From an uncultured Candidatus Saccharibacteria bacterium (GTDB taxonomy: Bacteria; Patescibacteriota; Minisyncoccia; Phycocordibacterales; UBA918), in contig CAYOAM010000001.1 in NCBI GenBank assembly GCA_964402035.1, forward strand, positions 371,558 to 435,557: a stretch of 64,000 bases of DNA, written 5' to 3'. Positions 29,946 through 39,441 of this stretch are shown here, in pieces. The translations under genes were made by a program, and so were the position numbers. Every line of letters begins with the position of its first letter. Within the stretch, counting starts at the first letter, position 1. Below the pieces are notes generated by a model. It was not told where the DNA came from, did not search any database, and worked only from the letters and a program-made list of their open reading frames with translations.

Positions 29946-30197
29946 TCACTCGATACGGAACTTCAAATAGGTATGTACCATATACAAGTGCATGAGCTTC
30001 ATAGCTTCTGGACCAAAATTCCTGAGGTTCTGTATTTCAGACTCCGTTCTATTGCAGAGGTCCTCGAAGGTATGTATGCTCGCATTTCGAAACGTTCTCC
30101 TTAAGCTGTTTACCACTCTAGAATGACATATGACGTCAGCATATTCCGCCCAGAAGCGGTAAATCGATCGAGTGAGGATCGTTTCAAAATCATCCAT
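29946..30197 (-). CDS. small protein resembling the RNA polymerase alpha-subunit C-terminal domain (HhH)
   Basis: 83 aa. LRNFGPEAMKL resembles the alpha-CTD hairpin (KNFGKKSL). The preceding SIHTFEDL fits the first helix. Confidence 0.4.
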   Translation of the reverse strand: MDDFETILTRSIYRFWAEYADVICHSRVVNSLRRTFRNASIHTFEDLCNRTESEIQNLRNFGPEAMKLMHLYMVHTYLKFRIE

Positions 30198-30376
30198 TGT
30201 ATCCTACGGCAAGAGTAGCACGTCCCATTCAGGGACATGGTGTCTCTTTGAAACCGAAGGAACTTGCTGAGGGCAAATATATCATGAGTTTAGTCATTGT
30301 CAAATGCGCACATTAAAGAACCGAGCTCTTTGCCCTACAAATACCCCTCCTCACCCATCCATGCTAGGATGCAGAA

Positions 30377-30943
30377 ATGAAAATCGTATCCTCAGTATTT
30401 ATGCGCAGTGTCCAGGGTGATAATGAGATTCTCGATGATGGAATCCCACATATCGCGTTTATAGGACGTTCCAATGCCGGCAAATCGAGCCTCATCAACT
30501 CTCTGACCGGAGTAAAAAATCTTGCCATAAGCGGCAAGACTCCTGGCCGAACACAATCTATCAATGTGTTTTTGATTAACGGTTCTCACTATTTTTTAGA
30601 CCTACCTGGCTATGGATTTACAAAGCGAGACGCAGGGACGCACGAACAATTTGGGAAACTAATCTATTGGTACCTCTTTGATTCGAAACATACACAAAAA
30701 GTAGTACTTATTGTCGACGCAGAAATTGGCCCTACCGATAGTGATATTGCCATGCTCGAAGACCTAGTGCGCGCACACAAAGATATCATCATTGTACTCA
30801 ATAAAGTAGATAAGATTAAGAAATCACAGTACAAGCATCACATAGAAAAGATTGCCTCCCGGCTTTCTCCACATAAAATCTTTGTTCACTCCGCCATAAG
30901 TAAAGTAGGCAAACAAGAATTAATCGATCAACTCTTGGGTTAG
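30377..30943 (+). CDS. engB: ribosome biogenesis GTP-binding protein EngB/YsxC/YihA
   Basis: G1 motif IAFIGRSNAGKSSLINSLTG, G3 motif DLPGYGF, G4 motif NKVDK. 188 aa. Confidence 0.8.
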   Translation: MKIVSSVFMRSVQGDNEILDDGIPHIAFIGRSNAGKSSLINSLTGVKNLAISGKTPGRTQSINVFLINGSHYFLDLPGYGFTKRDAGTHEQFGKLIYWYLFDSKHTQKVVLIVDAEIGPTDSDIAMLEDLVRAHKDIIIVLNKVDKIKKSQYKHHIEKIASRLSPHKIFVHSAISKVGKQELIDQLLG

Positions 30944-30984
30944 ATAAGATACAGACAGGTTATTTCTTTTGTTATAATTGAAAC

Positions 30985-31515
30985 ATGAGTTTTGAGAATC
31001 AATCAGAGAGCATCCGCTTCCCCCACATTGCAAAGGAACTTAAAGCGATGGTCGACATTGACCAAGATATGCGTAATCGTAATCGTAGCGATGATTACTG
31101 GGATGAAACAATTGACGTAAAACATACTGAACGAATGAAACAGATTGTTTCAGAAATTGGATGGCCTACTATATCAAAAGTAGGAATTGTGGGAGCTAGT
31201 AATGCGTGGCTTTTAGTGCAGCACGCTAATCATGATGTAGATTTTCAAGAGCACTGCTTACAGCTGATGAAGGAAGCGCCAGCTGGTGAAGTTAGTATCA
31301 TCGACACTGCCTACCTGACAGACAGAGTAAACGTTCACCGAGGCAAGGGTCAAATATATGGAACTCAAGTTACGCGCGAAAATGGAAAACATATTCCACG
31401 TACGATCGAAGACGAAGTACATGTAGACGCGAGACGCGCCGCAATCGGAATGGGACCACTTTCAGAATATATTGAAATGATTTACAAACAATACCCAATC
31501 AATAACGAGAAGTGA
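30985..31515 (+). CDS. hypothetical protein
   Basis: 176-aa ORF. No motif recognised. Confidence 0.4.
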   Translation: MSFENQSESIRFPHIAKELKAMVDIDQDMRNRNRSDDYWDETIDVKHTERMKQIVSEIGWPTISKVGIVGASNAWLLVQHANHDVDFQEHCLQLMKEAPAGEVSIIDTAYLTDRVNVHRGKGQIYGTQVTRENGKHIPRTIEDEVHVDARRAAIGMGPLSEYIEMIYKQYPINNEK

Positions 31516-31797
31516 TTTGATTCAGTTTACAACAATATCCACAATATTTAACTCCTGACAGTTCCTTAACTGTCAGGAGTTAAAATTTTTTTCTAGAATG
31601 AAGGGAAATAGGGTCAATCACCATTTCTCATTCTTTCTCACCAAAAAAAGTACCTGACACCTTTTCCACTTTTCCTTTTCCTATATCACCTCTTCCACTA
31701 CAAAACTATGAAAGCGCGCGATTGGGTGGCAGATTTAAAAGTTATCGTTTAGGCAGTATTTCGATACCCCCAAAGAGAGTTTAGAACTATTGACTTT

Positions 31798-32457
31798 TTG
31801 TATATACATGGTACATTGCCATCAGCTCTTTCACATTTTGGAGAACTTCCGATGAAGTCCGTTACCCTCACACTCGACTACCGCACCATCGAACAACTCA
31901 TCGACCTGATAGATGAACCACACAGGGTGATTTGTCACAAAATCCTCGTCGACAACCGCGTGCTTTTTGAAAAAACACGTGGCTCGACACACAATCACCA
32001 GACATGGGAAGGTGGCTACATTGACCATGTGACCGACGGGATGAACTACACTTGCCATCTGTACGCATTTGATACCGCCTTTGGCAGACCAATGCCGTTT
32101 ACGTTATCTGATGCCCTGCTTGTCTTTTTTCTCCATGACCTCGAAAAACCGTGGCGGATACAGGTGGATGAGCGAGGCAAAGCATCAAACCGTGAAGGTC
32201 TTCAAACCAAGGACGACTTCAAGAGGTTCCGTGACAAAAAGCTCGCCGACTACGGTCTCGTCCTCAACCCAAACCAGCTGAACGGCTTCACCTACGTCGA
32301 AGGAGAGCTGGCCGACTACAGCAGTTTGCGTCGAGTGATGAATGAACTCGCTGCCTTCTGCCACAAAGTCGATAACTGGTGTGCCCGGGGATGGTATGAC
32401 TACCCAAAAGCCGAAGGTGACGAGTGGACAGGGGCAAAGCGATTTCGTACTACATGA
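31798..32457 (+). CDS. hypothetical protein, possible HD-domain phosphohydrolase
   Basis: HNHQTWEGGYIDHV ... FFLHDLEKPW resembles the H...HD metal-binding pattern of HD domains. Confidence 0.4.
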   Translation: MYIHGTLPSALSHFGELPMKSVTLTLDYRTIEQLIDLIDEPHRVICHKILVDNRVLFEKTRGSTHNHQTWEGGYIDHVTDGMNYTCHLYAFDTAFGRPMPFTLSDALLVFFLHDLEKPWRIQVDERGKASNREGLQTKDDFKRFRDKKLADYGLVLNPNQLNGFTYVEGELADYSSLRRVMNELAAFCHKVDNWCARGWYDYPKAEGDEWTGAKRFRTT

Positions 32458-32531
32458 ACAGAGACAACCAACCCCGCGGTGGAGCATGGCTCCACCGCGG
32501 GGTTTTTTATACTTTTTTTAAAAGAGGTAAC

Positions 32532-33821
32532 CTACATCTTCTGCCACATCTTGTCCTGGCGTACCAACAGATCTGCAGCGGCTTCTGGATGTGCCATGAT
32601 CTCCTCGACAGCGCGCTCGGCGCGGATACTTTGTGAGCCTTTGATCAACACGATGTCGTTTTCTTCGAGCATCTCTTCCAACTCCTTGCCTGCCAATCGT
32701 GCATCTTCATACTGCCGAATCGCTGACTCTTTCATACCAACAGCCATAGCACCTTCTGCTATACCGCGCGCACGGATACCCACCGTAAACAGCATATCTG
32801 CCACACGACCAATCTGGTGACCCGCCTTTTCGTGTGCTTCAACCGAGTACTGCCCTAGCTCCATCATATCGCCTAAGACGGCTATTTTGCGCCCATTGGT
32901 ACGTACTTCCTTCAAAGACTGAATCGCGCGCTCCATGGCGACTGGAGAAGCATTGTAGGTATCATCAATAATTAGTGTGTCTTTGAGACCGGCGACGAGA
33001 CGCATACGCCCTGGTGGCGGTACATGAGCGCGTAGGGATTCCGCACACTCGGTGAGTGGGATTCCAAAAATAGAACCGATAGCAATTGCTGCAGCATAGT
33101 TGTATGCATGTTGTACACCAAGTGAACCCGAAACATGTACCACAACCGCATCCGCGCCATGGGTCAGCGTAAACTCCAGACCTTCTGGTATGCCCTTTTC
33201 ATAAATTATTTGATCACCGGAAGCAGTAAATGGCGAGAATGAATAACGACTATATCCGATAGACTGTTGCCGTATCCCCTCTTTTATTTTTACAATTGCC
33301 TCATCGTCATTGTTGTACACAAAAATACCATCAGGTTTTAATGCCTCTACCAGTTGTCGTTTCTCATCGATCACTGCATCAGGAGAGCTGAAAAACTCGA
33401 CATGTACCGGCACATCAGGAAGCCGCGTCAACACTACAATGTCGGGTTTTATCCACGAAGCCAGGCGTTTGATATCGCCTGGGCGATCCACCCCAATTTC
33501 TAAGACCAGCCAATCAGGATATTTCCCGGGAAAGAGAGCGGTCAAAGCTCCATCAAAAATATTTTTTATCCAACGAAATGGATTACTCCACCCATTTGGC
33601 AGACCTAAAATGGTGAGCGGTACCCCTATTTCAGAATTAAAACTTTTTTCACTTTTTCGGGCATGCACTTTTTGTTTGATGACGGTATAAATAGCGTCCT
33701 TTGTCGATGTCTTTCCTACGCTACCGGTGATGCCAATAATGTGCGGTCGTGTACGCATCAAAAGTACCCTCGCTTCGAGCGTCAGTATGGCTACAATAAT
33801 GTGCTTGAAAACTTGTTTCAT
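32532..33821 (-). CDS. murF: UDP-N-acetylmuramoyl-tripeptide--D-alanyl-D-alanine ligase
   Basis: Mur ligase P-loop GITGSVGKTSTKD. Three-domain length (429 aa). Located directly downstream of ftsI. Confidence 0.85.
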   Translation of the reverse strand: MKQVFKHIIVAILTLEARVLLMRTRPHIIGITGSVGKTSTKDAIYTVIKQKVHARKSEKSFNSEIGVPLTILGLPNGWSNPFRWIKNIFDGALTALFPGKYPDWLVLEIGVDRPGDIKRLASWIKPDIVVLTRLPDVPVHVEFFSSPDAVIDEKRQLVEALKPDGIFVYNNDDEAIVKIKEGIRQQSIGYSRYSFSPFTASGDQIIYEKGIPEGLEFTLTHGADAVVVHVSGSLGVQHAYNYAAAIAIGSIFGIPLTECAESLRAHVPPPGRMRLVAGLKDTLIIDDTYNASPVAMERAIQSLKEVRTNGRKIAVLGDMMELGQYSVEAHEKAGHQIGRVADMLFTVGIRARGIAEGAMAVGMKESAIRQYEDARLAGKELEEMLEENDIVLIKGSQSIRAERAVEEIMAHPEAAADLLVRQDKMWQKM

Positions 33822-33833
33822 AGTAGAAATCCG

Positions 33834-35585
33834 TTATCGATCCGGTGGGACGTCGTAGTAGTTGAGTAAAAACTTCGCGAGGTTGAAAAAAGGTACCGTG
33901 AGTGTCTCCGAGGCATACTGCACTCCTTTTGGTTCTACCGTATAGAGAAATACCAAAAATTGTGGATCATACGCCGGGAAATACCCAAAGAAAGAATGGA
34001 GGTACCGATCCTCATAGTACCCCTTCCCGTTTGGATCCGCAATTTGGGCAGTTCCGGTCTTTGCGGCAATCGTATAGTGCTCCATTTTTTGCTTTCCATG
34101 CGCAAGAGCGGTATCCACCACTTCGACTAACATACGCGTTATTTCCTCGCTTGTTTCCTCTTTAAAGACCCGTTTATCAGGAGGAAGCGTCATCTCTTTT
34201 TGCTTGCCATTTTCATAGATCACCTTCTTTCCGATGTGCGGAGTGATCAACATCCCACCGTTTCCTAGTGTGGAGAGCGCGCGCGCCGCCGCAATAGGCG
34301 TGAGTGCAATACCCTGCCCAAATGATGCCGTAGCATACTCCAGATCGCGAGGGCTTTCCAGATTTTTGGTTAGCCCATGTGTTTCACTTGGTAGATCAAT
34401 CCCTGTTTCCTTATCAAATTCTAATGCTTTGAAATATGTGCGAAATTTATCACGCCCCATCGTCTTTACTACATACGCAACCCCTGTATTCAAAGATTGA
34501 TTGAGAACTTCCTGCATAGACACAACACCACGTCCAACACCATCATAGTTTGAAATGGTGTAATCAGAAAGTTCAATAAATCCTTTATCATCATAAGTCG
34601 TACGACGAGAAATCATGCCCGAATCAATACCCGACGCAATCGTAAGCGGTTTGATAATTGATCCCATCTCATACACACTCTCGATCATTGGATTCTGAAA
34701 GAGTTGCGGATCAGACACACCACTAAAATCATTGAGGTTAAAATCAGGATAATTGCCTATCGCATAGATCGCACCCGTTTTTGGATTGATGATCACGCCA
34801 CCTGTCTGTGCACTATTCCACTGTTCATGTGCCTTTTTTAGCTCAGATTCAAGAAGGCGTGACACCGCTGGTTCGAGTGTCGTCACTACATCGCCTGCTT
34901 TGTTCTCACTTGAATCAAATACCAGTGATCCAAAATTGGTAAAAATTTCTGCAAAGAAATTGACAAAGAGATTGGCGGTGTTTCGTGTCAGTGTATCTTC
35001 ATAGTATCGCTCAAGGCCATAGCGTCCGCCTAAAGAATCTTGATTGTAGGCGACAAAACCGATAGCGTGGGAAGCCAGTGATCCACCTGGGTAATAACGC
35101 CACTGGTCACGATAGAGCGACACGCCAGGCAGCTTTAGTGCACGTATCTTGATGCCGTCTTCTTCACTCACCCGCGTCTTGATTTCTTCATACGGATCAC
35201 CCTTCTTTGCTGCACGGGCTAAAAATACATCCTGATCAATCGACACTACTCCATTCAGTGCTGCATACGTAGCTTCTTGGTCTCGTACGAGATCAGGACT
35301 AATAGCCAACGTATATCCCACTTTTATCGTAGCCGCTGTGACTTCCGTATTATCCTTGGTGGTGAAATACACCATGCCGCGATCAAAGATATTCTGTACC
35401 GAATGCACATACTGTCGCTCTGCTCGATCAACATAGTCTTTGTTATGCATGACTTGGACGACATACAACCGTGCAATCAGCACAAGAGCAACAAGCAAAA
35501 CGCCGCCAGTGACCAACCGAATACGAAAGAGAATGTTAGAACGATTCATTTGAAGAAAATGCAACAGAAGATTTCTTTTCAACAA
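33834..35585 (-). CDS. ftsI: peptidoglycan D,D-transpeptidase, class B PBP (FtsI/PBP3-like; dcw cluster copy)
   Basis: N-terminal TM anchor, SxxK (SIIK) and KTGTA motifs. Positioned between ftsL and murF. Confidence 0.85.
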   Translation of the reverse strand: MLKRNLLLHFLQMNRSNILFRIRLVTGGVLLVALVLIARLYVVQVMHNKDYVDRAERQYVHSVQNIFDRGMVYFTTKDNTEVTAATIKVGYTLAISPDLVRDQEATYAALNGVVSIDQDVFLARAAKKGDPYEEIKTRVSEEDGIKIRALKLPGVSLYRDQWRYYPGGSLASHAIGFVAYNQDSLGGRYGLERYYEDTLTRNTANLFVNFFAEIFTNFGSLVFDSSENKAGDVVTTLEPAVSRLLESELKKAHEQWNSAQTGGVIINPKTGAIYAIGNYPDFNLNDFSGVSDPQLFQNPMIESVYEMGSIIKPLTIASGIDSGMISRRTTYDDKGFIELSDYTISNYDGVGRGVVSMQEVLNQSLNTGVAYVVKTMGRDKFRTYFKALEFDKETGIDLPSETHGLTKNLESPRDLEYATASFGQGIALTPIAAARALSTLGNGGMLITPHIGKKVIYENGKQKEMTLPPDKRVFKEETSEEITRMLVEVVDTALAHGKQKMEHYTIAAKTGTAQIADPNGKGYYEDRYLHSFFGYFPAYDPQFLVFLYTVEPKGVQYASETLTVPFFNLAKFLLNYYDVPPDR

Positions 35586-35853
35586 AAATCTTCACCTCAT
35601 TTTTTTCAAATCCTTGTGTGAGCGCCTGCGCTTCTCCAATAGCGTCCTTTCCAATGACGTAGGCTGACTCAAGCTCGCTAATACGAGTATGCATGGCAGT
35701 AATATCTTGATCCAGCTCCTTGCGTACCACCACATGCGCCACCGCCGCGCTTACAAAATAAATATACAAAACGGCCAAAATAAAAAATAGTGAAACGGCG
35801 ATGCAAAATGCCTGTCGTTCACGTTGATATGTTTTAATGTGCACTCGTGTCAT
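35536..35853 (-). CDS. ftsL: cell division protein FtsL-like (small bitopic membrane protein)
   Basis: 105 aa with a single TM (FCIAVSLFFILAVLYIYFVSAAV) followed by a coiled-coil-like segment. Canonical position between rsmH and ftsI. Confidence 0.45.
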   Translation of the reverse strand: MTRVHIKTYQRERQAFCIAVSLFFILAVLYIYFVSAAVAHVVVRKELDQDITAMHTRISELESAYVIGKDAIGEAQALTQGFEKNEVKIFVEKKSSVAFSSNESF

Positions 35854-36751
35854 TTTTTTCTAAAATACGCAACTTCGCACTCCGCGCCCTCGGGTTTTGG
35901 GCACATTCGTCCTTTGTTGCAATAACAGGTTTCTTTGTAATAATCGTTCCAACGCCACTCTCTGCTGCTACTTTGAATGCGTGCTTTACAATGCGATCTT
36001 CGATGCTATGAAAGGCAATGACTCCCACTCTCCCGCCCGCTGCTAGTCGCAGTTCCGCCGCTTTTAGGAAATCACCAAGTGCATCGAGCTCATCGTTGAC
36101 CGCTATGCGCAATGCTTGGAATGTCTTCGTAGCTGGATGTATGCGTCCATACTGATACGCACGCGGCGTTGCCTCCTTAATGAGCGCAACCAGATCATCG
36201 GTGGTTCGTATTGGTGTACGGATCCTGCTTTCACAGATTTTTTTTGCTATGCGCAGTGCGTAACGTTCGTCTGCATATCCGTAGAGCACATCAGCAATCG
36301 ATTCCTCTCTCCACTCGTTGACAATATCCGCTGCTGTAAATGCATGCGTAGCGGGATCTCCAAAGGTCATGAGCAGCGGTTCTGTGTTCTGAAATGAAAA
36401 TCCCTTCAAACCATGTGCAAACTGATCACTATTCCAACCAAGATCTGCGAGTATTCCATCAACGTGGGTAATCTGTAGGGAATCAAGTACTTCTTCAAGA
36501 AATCTAAAATTTTTGCACACAACGTGCACGGTGCCCGAAGCATCGTGGAAACGTTTCTTCAATGCTTCTACAGCAACAGGATCCTGATCAAGGATGATGA
36601 GTGTCCCGTCTGCACCAATAAGCTCCAGTATGCGCGCGCTGTGGCCTCCACCACCGCCCGTCGCATCGACTATGGTCATACCGTGCTTCACTTGAAGTAA
36701 GGTTACCGTCTCATTGATGAGAACCGGTATATGTCCACTAACGCTCTCCAT
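35834..36751 (-). CDS. rsmH: 16S rRNA (cytosine1402-N4)-methyltransferase
   Basis: HIPVL N-terminus and the SAM-binding DATGGGGGHS motif. Downstream of mraZ. Confidence 0.9.
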   Translation of the reverse strand: MESVSGHIPVLINETVTLLQVKHGMTIVDATGGGGGHSARILELIGADGTLIILDQDPVAVEALKKRFHDASGTVHVVCKNFRFLEEVLDSLQITHVDGILADLGWNSDQFAHGLKGFSFQNTEPLLMTFGDPATHAFTAADIVNEWREESIADVLYGYADERYALRIAKKICESRIRTPIRTTDDLVALIKEATPRAYQYGRIHPATKTFQALRIAVNDELDALGDFLKAAELRLAAGGRVGVIAFHSIEDRIVKHAFKVAAESGVGTIITKKPVIATKDECAQNPRARSAKLRILEKNDTSAH

Positions 36752-36754
36752 ACA

Positions 36755-37189
36755 TTAGAAGACTCCGATCTCACCCAACTTCTCGGCGAGCGCATCACCC
36801 TGCTTCTCAATACGCGCTTTGTACTCACTCCATACCTTCTCATCCCAGATTTCAACCCGATCGTGGATTCCTGCAAGTACCACCTTGCTGGTGAGTCCTG
36901 CAAAATCCTTTAAGAAATCAGGAACGAGAATACGACCGACACTATCGATATCAACTTCTACTGCACCTGACAGAAAGAAGCGATTGAATCCGCGGGTGTC
37001 CGCTTGACCAAGTGGCAGCTGTGCGATCTTTTTAGTGATCTGCTGCCACTCCTTCAAGGGATAAACAAAGAGACAGTTATCGAGTCCACGGGTCACCACC
37101 ACCTTCTTCCCAAGCTCGCGCCGAAATTTAATCGGCAACGACAGCCGTTTCTTGGGATCGAGAGAGTGTGTGTATTCGCCGATGAGCAT
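36755..37189 (-). CDS. mraZ: transcriptional regulator MraZ
   Basis: 144 aa with two DxxxR-like repeat halves (LDPKKRLSLP / VDSVGRILVP). Confidence 0.85.
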   Translation of the reverse strand: MLIGEYTHSLDPKKRLSLPIKFRRELGKKVVVTRGLDNCLFVYPLKEWQQITKKIAQLPLGQADTRGFNRFFLSGAVEVDIDSVGRILVPDFLKDFAGLTSKVVLAGIHDRVEIWDEKVWSEYKARIEKQGDALAEKLGEIGVF

Positions 37190-37379
37190 AACTCGATTTC
37201 TTTACTAGAATATTGAGCGTATCTAGATTTACCACTATCTCCCACCACCCCTACATTCTATAACACTTTGCCCCACCGCACCACACTGTTATCCACATCG
37301 ATCCTCCCTATCCACGATGCACAAAAGGTTCACATAACAAAAAAATCCCCAGCATGTGCCGGGGATTTTTTTGTTGCTA

Positions 37380-38849
37380 TTATGTTTCTTGCTCTGTCTT
37401 TTTTGGACGCATGAGTGGAAACAGTTGTGTCTCACGCAACGGTTTATCCATAAGAAATGCAAAGAAGCGTTCGCCAAATCCAAATCCGCAGGTTGGCGGC
37501 ATTCCATATTCAAGCATCTCAACAAAGTCCCATTCGGGCATCATTGCCTCATCATCACCTGCCGCCAAAAGTTCTTGCTGCAATTCAAAACGTCTTCGCT
37601 GATCGATAGGATCATTGAGCTCGCTGTACCCACGACCGACTTCGCTCCCTGCTATAATTGGCTGAAACATTTCTACCGTCTCTCCGTCAGCGCGGAGTTT
37701 TGCGAGTGGCGCCACCATTTTTGGATGATGCACCAGAAATGCAGGACCCGATATTTTCTTGCGACAGTATTTCCATAGGGTGTCCGTGAGTCGTTCACGA
37801 TTTTTTCCATCATATACAACCCCGAGCTCACGCAACTTTTTTTCCATCTCTTCGAGCGAAGTAGTAATAATATCGACGCCCGTTTGTCGCAGTACTTCTT
37901 CACGATAATCGATGAGCGGCCACTCTGCTGCGAGGTCAAAACTATGACCATGAGAAGTAAACGCCGTTGTGCCAAACACTTCTTGTGCAACCGTACGGTA
38001 TAAATCCTGCACGAGTTTCATACCTTCTCGGTAGTCAGCGTACGCAAGGTAGAACTCCATGTTGGTAAATTCTTGCAAATGCTCGGGACTTGTTCCTTCA
38101 TTGCGATATGCACGCCCAATTTCAAAAGTCTTCGGATATCCTGCGGCCATGAGTCGCTTTTGCCACAACTCACCTATTGAGATGCGTAAGTAAACATCCA
38201 TATCAAAGTCGTAGTGATGTGTTTTAAATGGACGCGCTTCAGCACCACCAGTCGTGACTTCGAGTGTCGGTGTCTCGACTTCTAAAAATCCTTTCGTCTT
38301 CATGAATGAGCGCACGGCATCCCAAAAGAGCGCCTTCTTATAAAACATATTTCGCACATCTTCATTTTGTAGCAAGTCGAGATATCGCTTGCGAAAAAGT
38401 TCCTCCTCGTCTGCAAGCCCATACCAATCACTTGGAACTGCTTGCAGAGCCTTGGTGAGAATGTGCCAAGTAGAGACTTCAATCGTGGCTTCACCACGCT
38501 TTGTTGTAAATGCAGTTCCAGACGCCTGTATAAAATCACTCGCATCAATGGCGTCGGTCAAAAGTGTATACGAAGCATCGCCGAGTATATCCTTTGAGAA
38601 AAATAACTGTAGGCGACCCGTACCATCAAAGAGATCTGCAAAGGTTGATCCTCCATGGCGACGCAACGACATGATGCGACCTGCGATCGTGACCACCGTG
38701 CGATCGGTACTATGTACTTCAAAATCAGTGCGCACAGCACCTATGGTGTGCGTGCGTGAGGTTGCTGCAGGATATGCATCTTGACCCGCTTCCTTTAATA
38801 GCTCGAGCTTTCGCTCGCGCTCCGCCTTTAGTTCTTCACGAGTTGACAT
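37380..38849 (-). CDS. lysS: lysine--tRNA ligase (class II)
   Basis: N-terminal OB-fold anticodon-binding region, then class II motifs FRNEG and GxGxGxDR-type (GFGFGERF). 489 aa. Confidence 0.9.
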   Translation of the reverse strand: MSTREELKAERERKLELLKEAGQDAYPAATSRTHTIGAVRTDFEVHSTDRTVVTIAGRIMSLRRHGGSTFADLFDGTGRLQLFFSKDILGDASYTLLTDAIDASDFIQASGTAFTTKRGEATIEVSTWHILTKALQAVPSDWYGLADEEELFRKRYLDLLQNEDVRNMFYKKALFWDAVRSFMKTKGFLEVETPTLEVTTGGAEARPFKTHHYDFDMDVYLRISIGELWQKRLMAAGYPKTFEIGRAYRNEGTSPEHLQEFTNMEFYLAYADYREGMKLVQDLYRTVAQEVFGTTAFTSHGHSFDLAAEWPLIDYREEVLRQTGVDIITTSLEEMEKKLRELGVVYDGKNRERLTDTLWKYCRKKISGPAFLVHHPKMVAPLAKLRADGETVEMFQPIIAGSEVGRGYSELNDPIDQRRRFELQQELLAAGDDEAMMPEWDFVEMLEYGMPPTCGFGFGERFFAFLMDKPLRETQLFPLMRPKKTEQET

Positions 38850-38870
38850 AGCAGTATCCTATCGTGTCTG

Positions 38871-38896
38871 TGAGAAAAGTACAAAGCCCGCTCATG
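38871..38896 (-). terminator. rho-independent terminator downstream of greA (minus strand)
   Basis: caaagcccgc-tcat-gcgggctttg. On the minus strand it is followed by GTACTTTT. Confidence 0.5.
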
Positions 38897-38911
38897 CGGG
38901 CTTTGGCTTCT

Positions 38912-39385
38912 CTACCTGACCTCGATAATCTTATACGACTGTTTTCCGTTTGGCGTTTGAAAATTGAACACATCGGCTTTTTGTTTTCCCATAAGCGCTT
39001 CGCCCAGTGGGGAAAGGTATGAAAGTTTGTGTTCGTGAATATTTGCTTCTTCGGATCCGACAATGGTGTACACACGATTGTCTTTCTCTCCGTCGCGCAC
39101 CATAGTAACTATGGAACCCAAGCCCACTACTGCACCTTTCTTGTCCCCGACAACGATCTTCGCTTCCTTGATGACGCGCTCAAGATGCTGGATACGTTCT
39201 TCGATAGCGGCTTGCATATCACGTGCCTCCTGATACTCAGCATTCTCCGAAAGGTCTCCAAGGCTTCGTGCGTACTCCAGAGACTCTGCCACTTCCTTTC
39301 TTCGATTCGTTTTTAAGTGTTCCAGCTCTTTTTTTAATTCCTCAAACTTTTCAGCGGTGAGAAATGCGTCATGTGAATCACTCAT
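38912..39385 (-). CDS. greA: transcription elongation factor GreA
   Basis: 157 aa. N-terminal coiled-coil with acidic tip residues and a C-terminal FKBP-like domain. Typical length. Confidence 0.9.
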   Translation of the reverse strand: MSDSHDAFLTAEKFEELKKELEHLKTNRRKEVAESLEYARSLGDLSENAEYQEARDMQAAIEERIQHLERVIKEAKIVVGDKKGAVVGLGSIVTMVRDGEKDNRVYTIVGSEEANIHEHKLSYLSPLGEALMGKQKADVFNFQTPNGKQSYKIIEVR

Positions 39386-39441
39386 ATATTTTCCAAACTA
39401 AATTGTGGCTCTATTATACGTGCAGGTCGATCGAAGTCAAA

